64,000 nt of DNA from Eubacteriales bacterium (lineage in GTDB: Bacteria; Bacillota; Clostridia; Christensenellales; CAG-917): NCBI GenBank assembly GCA_035449045.1, contig DAOTKC010000001.1:72145-136144 (forward strand), given 5' to 3'. A program made the translations under genes and the position numbers. The stretch's first letter is position 1, and each line of letters opens with the position of its first letter. This document shows, piece after piece, positions 59,786-64,000 of the stretch. Under the pieces are notes generated by a model. That model was not told where the DNA came from. It saw only the letters and a program-made list of their open reading frames with translations, and searched no databases.

Positions 59786-59814
59786 ATTATAGCAAATATC
59801 CCGAAATTGCACAA
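59786..59814 (-). promoter_or_regulatory. candidate promoter of the glg operon
   Basis: Minus strand reads TTGTGC, a 17-nt spacer, then TATAAT with an extended TG (TGCTATAAT). Confidence 0.5.
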
Positions 59815-59891
59815 TAGCAAAACGCCTATAAATGGAAAATTTGCAAATTAGTTTGATAAAAAACGCGCGCGCGAACCGATTTTGTCAAAAA

Positions 59892-60752
59892 TCAGGCCAT
59901 ATTCAAAACTTTGACGCCAAAGTCGACGCTTTTTAAGACACGAAAATAGATATTTTCGACATTTTCGGCCATAGCCTCTTTCAAAAAATGCGGATTTTGA
60001 CTAAAAATCAAAATTCCGCTGCCGCTGCCCGTCAGGCGGACGTCGGCATCCACTCCCAAATCCTTTATCTTTTGATTTATTTTGTCGAAATAAGCCCTGA
60101 GTCTATCGTCGGCGAGCGCGGCGCGCTCGAGCGCGTTTTTGCCGAGCTTTACCGCCGCGGCGGCGCCTTCCGAGCGCCAGTTCTCAATAAATGCGTCGGT
60201 GTCGGCGTTTTCGCCGCCCAGCTCGTCGTATTTGGAATATACGCCGCCGGCCAGCGCCATGACGGGCGGCACTGCCAAAAGGCACTCGAATTTTTTATAG
60301 GGAAGCGGCGAGATAACCTCGCCCGTTCCGCCGACGCGCGCAACTCCGCCGCGATACATGAAAGGCACGTCGCTGCCTATGGCGGCCTGCATGGCGGGCT
60401 CAGTCTTCACTCTGAAAAGCGATTCCATGGCGCGAAACACTGCGGCGGCATCGGCCGAGGAGCCGCCCAACCCCGCGCCTACCGGTATCGACTTCTTAAT
60501 GATAATATCGACACCGCCGGTTCCGAATCTGCTTTTAACCGCCTCCGCCGCGCGCTTTGCCGTGTTTTCGCCCGAAAGCTCGACACTGCAAGAAACCGTC
60601 ACCTTGTCGTCGCCGCGAAGAATGACGCGGACGGTGTCGTAGAGGTCGACCGAGCTCATCACGCCGTCGATTTTATGAAGGTTGCCGCACTTTTCAAAGA
60701 CGCTCAGCGTCAGGTTGATTTTTGCGAATGTCTTGAGCGTTATCTCGTTCAT
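59892..60752 (-). CDS. ispE: 4-diphosphocytidyl-2-C-methyl-D-erythritol kinase
   Basis: GHMP-kinase motifs (FAKINLTLSV, PVGAGLGGSSADAAA). I set the start at ATG 60752. Confidence 0.9.
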   Translation of the reverse strand: MNEITLKTFAKINLTLSVFEKCGNLHKIDGVMSSVDLYDTVRVILRGDDKVTVSCSVELSGENTAKRAAEAVKSRFGTGGVDIIIKKSIPVGAGLGGSSADAAAVFRAMESLFRVKTEPAMQAAIGSDVPFMYRGGVARVGGTGEVISPLPYKKFECLLAVPPVMALAGGVYSKYDELGGENADTDAFIENWRSEGAAAAVKLGKNALERAALADDRLRAYFDKINQKIKDLGVDADVRLTGSGSGILIFSQNPHFLKEAMAENVENIYFRVLKSVDFGVKVLNMA

Positions 60753-60761
60753 ATTGAACAC

Positions 60762-60790
60762 ATTCTACACCGTTTGTCCAAAAATATCAA
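60762..60790 (-). promoter_or_regulatory. candidate ispE promoter giving a very short or absent leader
   Basis: Minus strand reads TTGATA, a 17-nt spacer, then TAGAAT, then 9 nt to the ATG. There is no SD. Confidence 0.5.
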
Positions 60791-60955
60791 TCTTTTTTGT
60801 CTTTGACGCTTTATACCCCGCACCGGCTTTCGTCCTTACATATGGCCCGCACTTACTCTTAATTCTTTCCTTTTTTGACAACCGCGCTTCCCTCGGGGTT
60901 TTCGTCCGAATATTTTCCTTTCCTTAAGGCAAAATGGCGGGAAGACAGAAAAGCT

Positions 60956-60984
60956 TTGACCGCCCCAAACTTATGGGATATAAT
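60956..60984 (+). promoter_or_regulatory. candidate promoter of the ligase operon positioned for a leaderless mRNA
   Basis: TTGACC, a 17-nt spacer, then TATAAT, then 7 nt to ATG 60992. There is no SD. Confidence 0.55.
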
Positions 60985-60991
60985 TTATCAC

Positions 60992-62224
60992 ATGGATTTT
61001 TACCTAAGAAACGTCGAGGCAATCGCCGGGCATTTGAGAGCGGGAATAAAAAAAGAGGGCGGCGGACTAATCGGCGTCGAGCTCGAGCGTTTTTTAATCG
61101 ATAAAAACACCTCTCTTTCCGCTCATTATCACGGCGAACGCGGCGTAGGAGCCGTTCTCACCCGTCTTCTGCCCGACTTCGATCAAAACAGATATTCCAA
61201 GGGGCGGCTTATCGCTCTCGGACGGCCGGGCTGCGTGCTTTCGCTGGAGCCTGCCGCTCAGTTCGAGTGCAGTCTCGGCGCGGCGGCCTCGGTAGCCGAA
61301 ATCGAAAGAGAATACCAAAAGCTCGACGCCGAGCTAAAGCCGATTTTAGAGGAATTTAATTTAGTGCCCGCCGCCGTGGGCTATCAGCCCAAAAGCCGCG
61401 CCTGCGAACTGCCGCTGATTCCCAAAGAGCGCTACCGCCTAATGGACGCCCACTTTAAGACGACGGGAAAAAGAGGGATAAACATGATGCGCGGCACGGC
61501 GGCGACGCAGGTCTCCGTCGACTATTTTTCGGAGGAGGACGCCTCGCGAAAATTCAGGCTCGCCAATATATTAGCGCCCGTTCTTTCGCTCATGACCGAC
61601 AACGCCCCCGTCTTCGAGGGCGCGCCGTATCACGGCCGCATGCTCCGCTCAAAAATTTGGGAGGACGTCGACGCCGACCGACAAGGCATCGTTCCAAACG
61701 GGTTTGCCGCCGACTACTCATTTTCCGACTACTCCCGATATATCTTAAACTCGCCCGCGATTTTGGTGGTCGACAACTTCGGCAACGTAATCCCGACCGG
61801 CAACAAAAAAATCGGCGAAATCTATCGAAGCAAAGTCATGGAGCCCTTTGAAATCGAGCACGCGCTGTCGATGTTTTTCCCTCATGTCCGATTTAAAAAT
61901 TATATCGAAATAAGGATGGCGGACAGCCTTCCTAAAGAGTTGATGCTTGCCTACCTTGCTCTCGTAAAAGGGGTTTTTTATAATCAAAACGCGGTGATAA
62001 ACCTATTGAATCTGCTAAATCACGCCGATTCCGATATATCAAGGGCAGCGTATTCCGACATCTATGAAAACGGGTTTTCGGCCAAAGTTTACGGCGTCAA
62101 GGTGATGGATTTAATCGCTCGTTTATACGACGCCGCAAAGAGTGGAAACTACGCCGAGCCCGGCTATTTAAAACCGCTCGAGGACATCAACATGCACGGC
62201 CTCGCTCCCAAGGATTTAGTTTAA
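60992..62224 (+). CDS. glutamate-cysteine ligase family protein (GshA-like carboxylate-amine ligase)
   Basis: About 410 aa from ATG 60992. IGVELERFLID and YIEIRMADS resemble the GCL-superfamily strand motifs. The subfamily was not assigned. Confidence 0.7.
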   Translation: MDFYLRNVEAIAGHLRAGIKKEGGGLIGVELERFLIDKNTSLSAHYHGERGVGAVLTRLLPDFDQNRYSKGRLIALGRPGCVLSLEPAAQFECSLGAAASVAEIEREYQKLDAELKPILEEFNLVPAAVGYQPKSRACELPLIPKERYRLMDAHFKTTGKRGINMMRGTAATQVSVDYFSEEDASRKFRLANILAPVLSLMTDNAPVFEGAPYHGRMLRSKIWEDVDADRQGIVPNGFAADYSFSDYSRYILNSPAILVVDNFGNVIPTGNKKIGEIYRSKVMEPFEIEHALSMFFPHVRFKNYIEIRMADSLPKELMLAYLALVKGVFYNQNAVINLLNLLNHADSDISRAAYSDIYENGFSAKVYGVKVMDLIARLYDAAKSGNYAEPGYLKPLEDINMHGLAPKDLV

Positions 62225-62226
62225 TT

Positions 62227-63597
62227 ATGATTAGAAAAACGAGTGATAATTTGACTATGGACGGGCTGAACGAAGAATATTTAGACTTCGTTTTAAGCAA
62301 TTTTTCCGCCGAAGCCGCAGGCTGGGAGGATATGAAGCGGTATCTGAAAAACTGCACCGCCATCTCCAACGAGGGGCTCCACTTAGACGCCTGCTACATT
62401 CCCAAGATGTTCACCAAGCTCGCCATGGATGCGCTCAAAAAGGCCTCGTCGACGCTCTACGGCATTTTGGAAAAGGTCACCGCCCGCTATATGGCCACGG
62501 CGGAATACCGCGCGCTTTTTCCCTTTTCAACCGAGCTCGAGTCGCTGATTTTAAAGGATGCCGGCTACGGCGTCACCATACCGGTAATGCGCGCCGATAT
62601 TTTTTTCAACGAGGACGATTTTTCCTTTAAATTCTGCGAAATCAACACCGACGGCGCCAGCGCCATGAACGAAAACCGCGAGCTCGTCAACGCAATCCGC
62701 CACACGCCCGCCTACCACGAATTCAAAAAAAGATATAATCTTCAACCATTCGAGCTTTTTTCGAGCTTTGTCGAGATGTTTCTTTCCGTCTACCGTGACT
62801 ACTCGGGAAGTGAAAAGCTCCCCCATGTCGCCATCGTCGACTTCACGGAGAGCGGCATAAAGCGCGAGTTTCAAATATTTAAGCGCGCCTTTATTGACCA
62901 CGGCGTTGACGCTACCATTGCCGAAATCAGGAAGCTTCAATATAAAAACGGTGAACTGAAAACGCCCGACGGCTTTAAAATCGACGCCGTTTACCGTCGC
63001 GCCGTCACCTCGGAATGTATGGAGAAATGCGCCGAAATCAAGCCTTTTATTGAGGCCGTCAAGGACGGCGCCGTCTGCTTAATCGGTGCTTTCAAGACGC
63101 AAGTTGCCCACAATAAAGAGCTATTTATCGTCCTTCGCGATGAAGCCACTAAAAGTTTTTTAAGCGAGGAAGAGAACGCCTTTGTCGAGGCGCACGTTCC
63201 GCTGACCTACCGCCTCAACGAAAGAACGCTTGAGGAAACCGACATTTTGAAAAACAAGGATAAATGGCTGATAAAGCCCGCCGACCGCTACGGCTCCAAG
63301 GGTGTGCTGGCCGGCGCCTCAACCGACATTAAGACTTGGCAGACCGAGGTGTTGTCCGCCAAGGGCTTTGTCGCGCAGGAGTATTGCCCGCCCCACAAAA
63401 CCAAAAATATTTTTTTTGAAAAGGGCGAGGCGATAGTCGAAAGCTACAACAACATGACCGGCCTCTATATGTATGCGGGAAAACTTACCGGCCTCTATTC
63501 CCGCCTCTACCGCCCTTTGGTCACTTCCGACGCCGACGACGGCAGAGTGGCGCCCAGCTTTACGGTGGCGGACCCATCCAAGCCCGAAAAAAAATAA
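62227..63597 (+). CDS. glutathionylspermidine-synthase-like (YgiC/YjfC-type) ATP-grasp amide ligase
   Basis: 456 aa. MRADIFFNEDDFSFKFCEINTDGASAMNE and KWLIKPADRYGSKGV parallel the GSP-synthase pre-ATP-grasp and ATP-grasp motifs. It starts 2 nt after the previous gene. Confidence 0.6.
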   Translation: MIRKTSDNLTMDGLNEEYLDFVLSNFSAEAAGWEDMKRYLKNCTAISNEGLHLDACYIPKMFTKLAMDALKKASSTLYGILEKVTARYMATAEYRALFPFSTELESLILKDAGYGVTIPVMRADIFFNEDDFSFKFCEINTDGASAMNENRELVNAIRHTPAYHEFKKRYNLQPFELFSSFVEMFLSVYRDYSGSEKLPHVAIVDFTESGIKREFQIFKRAFIDHGVDATIAEIRKLQYKNGELKTPDGFKIDAVYRRAVTSECMEKCAEIKPFIEAVKDGAVCLIGAFKTQVAHNKELFIVLRDEATKSFLSEEENAFVEAHVPLTYRLNERTLEETDILKNKDKWLIKPADRYGSKGVLAGASTDIKTWQTEVLSAKGFVAQEYCPPHKTKNIFFEKGEAIVESYNNMTGLYMYAGKLTGLYSRLYRPLVTSDADDGRVAPSFTVADPSKPEKK

Positions 63598-63671
63598 AGC
63601 GGGGCGCAACGCAATTCTCAGTAAATAACTAGCAATTTTTAATTTTGAAAGCGATTTTGGGATTATTCTCG

Positions 63672-63705
63672 CAAAAAAAAATCTCAGCCGTCTTGCGGCT
63701 GAGAT
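63672..63705 (-). terminator. intrinsic terminator after tRNA-Pro
   Basis: Minus strand reads ATCTCAGCCG-CAAGA-CGGCTGAGAT followed by TTTTTTTTT. Confidence 0.8.
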
Positions 63706-63709
63706 TATG

Positions 63710-63785
63710 TGGTCGGAATGGCGAGATTCGAACTCGCGACCTTATGGTCCCGAACCATACGCGCTACCAACTGCGCTACATCCCG
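63710..63785 (-). tRNA. tRNA-Pro (anticodon CGG), CCA encoded
   Basis: I folded the cloverleaf by hand: acceptor CGGGATG/CATTCCG, D-arm GCGC-AGTTGGTA-GCGC, anticodon stem TATGG/CCATA with loop TTCGGGA, T-arm GCGAG-TTCGAAT-CTCGC, discriminator A plus CCA. Confidence 0.9.
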
Positions 63786-64000
63786 AAGCAGAAATATTAT
63801 ATACTATTTCGCGTGAGTTTGCACCTTTTTTAAGGGCATTTTTGATTTTTGCGCGCCGAAAAAGTAAGCGCAATAAATAATTTACCAACCCTTTTAAAAA
63901 TTCAAGCGGAATAAAAGCGCGAATATAAAAAGAAAAAAGTGGAAAACCAAACTATTTTCGGCGCGCAGATGCAATATAAAAAAGTCCGAACCGTGCGCCA

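Noticed and set aside
58677-59792. Long antisense ORFs in the track: 371 aa opposite glgB here, 272 aa at 59988..60806 opposite ispE, 261 aa at 52699..53484 opposite glgP, 252 aa at 24175..24933 opposite hppA, and 246 aa at 12937..13677 opposite purF.
   Set aside because: Each lies fully inside a well-supported conserved gene on the other strand. They have Arg/Ala/Gly/Val-rich low-complexity composition typical of shadow frames in GC3-rich coding DNA. None has an SD or a recognisable motif.
63645-63833. 62-aa plus-strand ORF spanning 63645..63833.
   Set aside because: It runs antisense straight through the tRNA-Pro gene and its terminator. It has no SD and is clearly spurious.
63970-64000. 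Possible gene start ATGCAATATAAAAAAGTCCGAACC at the window edge, or half of a terminator stem (GTCCGAACCGTGCGCCA preceded by AAAAAA).
   Set aside because: Only 31 nt are visible, there is no SD, and the partner arm or the ORF lies outside the window, so it cannot be evaluated.

Overview
This 64-kb window looks like core chromosome from a moderately GC-rich, spore-forming, Clostridia-like Firmicute. That placement is inferred from spmAB, glgD, type-Z S14, a KOW gene between map and infA, and the gene order. About 60 of roughly 68 genes are on the minus strand. Order in minus-strand transcription terms, from high to low coordinates: tRNA-Pro; ispE; the glycogen cluster glgB-glgC-glgD-glgA-glgP plus a membrane-anchored GDPD and a GH13 enzyme; typA; a cupin; the complete S10-spc-alpha ribosomal block (rpsJ to rplQ, including secY, adk, map, infA, rpmJ, rpoA); an AEC permease; a YdjI-like SPFH protein with its zinc-ribbon partner; DUF1858; metG-tatD-rsmA; fumC; folD; the purine operon purE-C-F-M-N-H-D-L; and hisZ-G-D-C (hisC truncated at the window edge). 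Plus-strand genes are spmA-spmB, a K+-independent-type H+-pyrophosphatase, a DUF378 membrane protein, and a two-gene ligase operon. I found no mobile elements, CRISPR arrays, rRNA, integrases or obvious defence islands. Most of the window is ordinary housekeeping and I see no clear-cut novel system. The most interesting candidates are: (1) a glutamate-cysteine-ligase-like plus glutathionylspermidine-synthase-like ATP-grasp operon whose promoter is placed for a leaderless mRNA; (2) the SPFH/zinc-ribbon membrane module, whose zinc-ribbon tail is triplicated at nucleotide level; (3) an atypical pur leader with a promoter, a 28-codon sORF and a terminator but no recognisable purine riboswitch; and (4) several unexplained structured or repeat-bearing intergenic regions. 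All calls come from reading the ORF translations and the sequence by eye. No database search was run.
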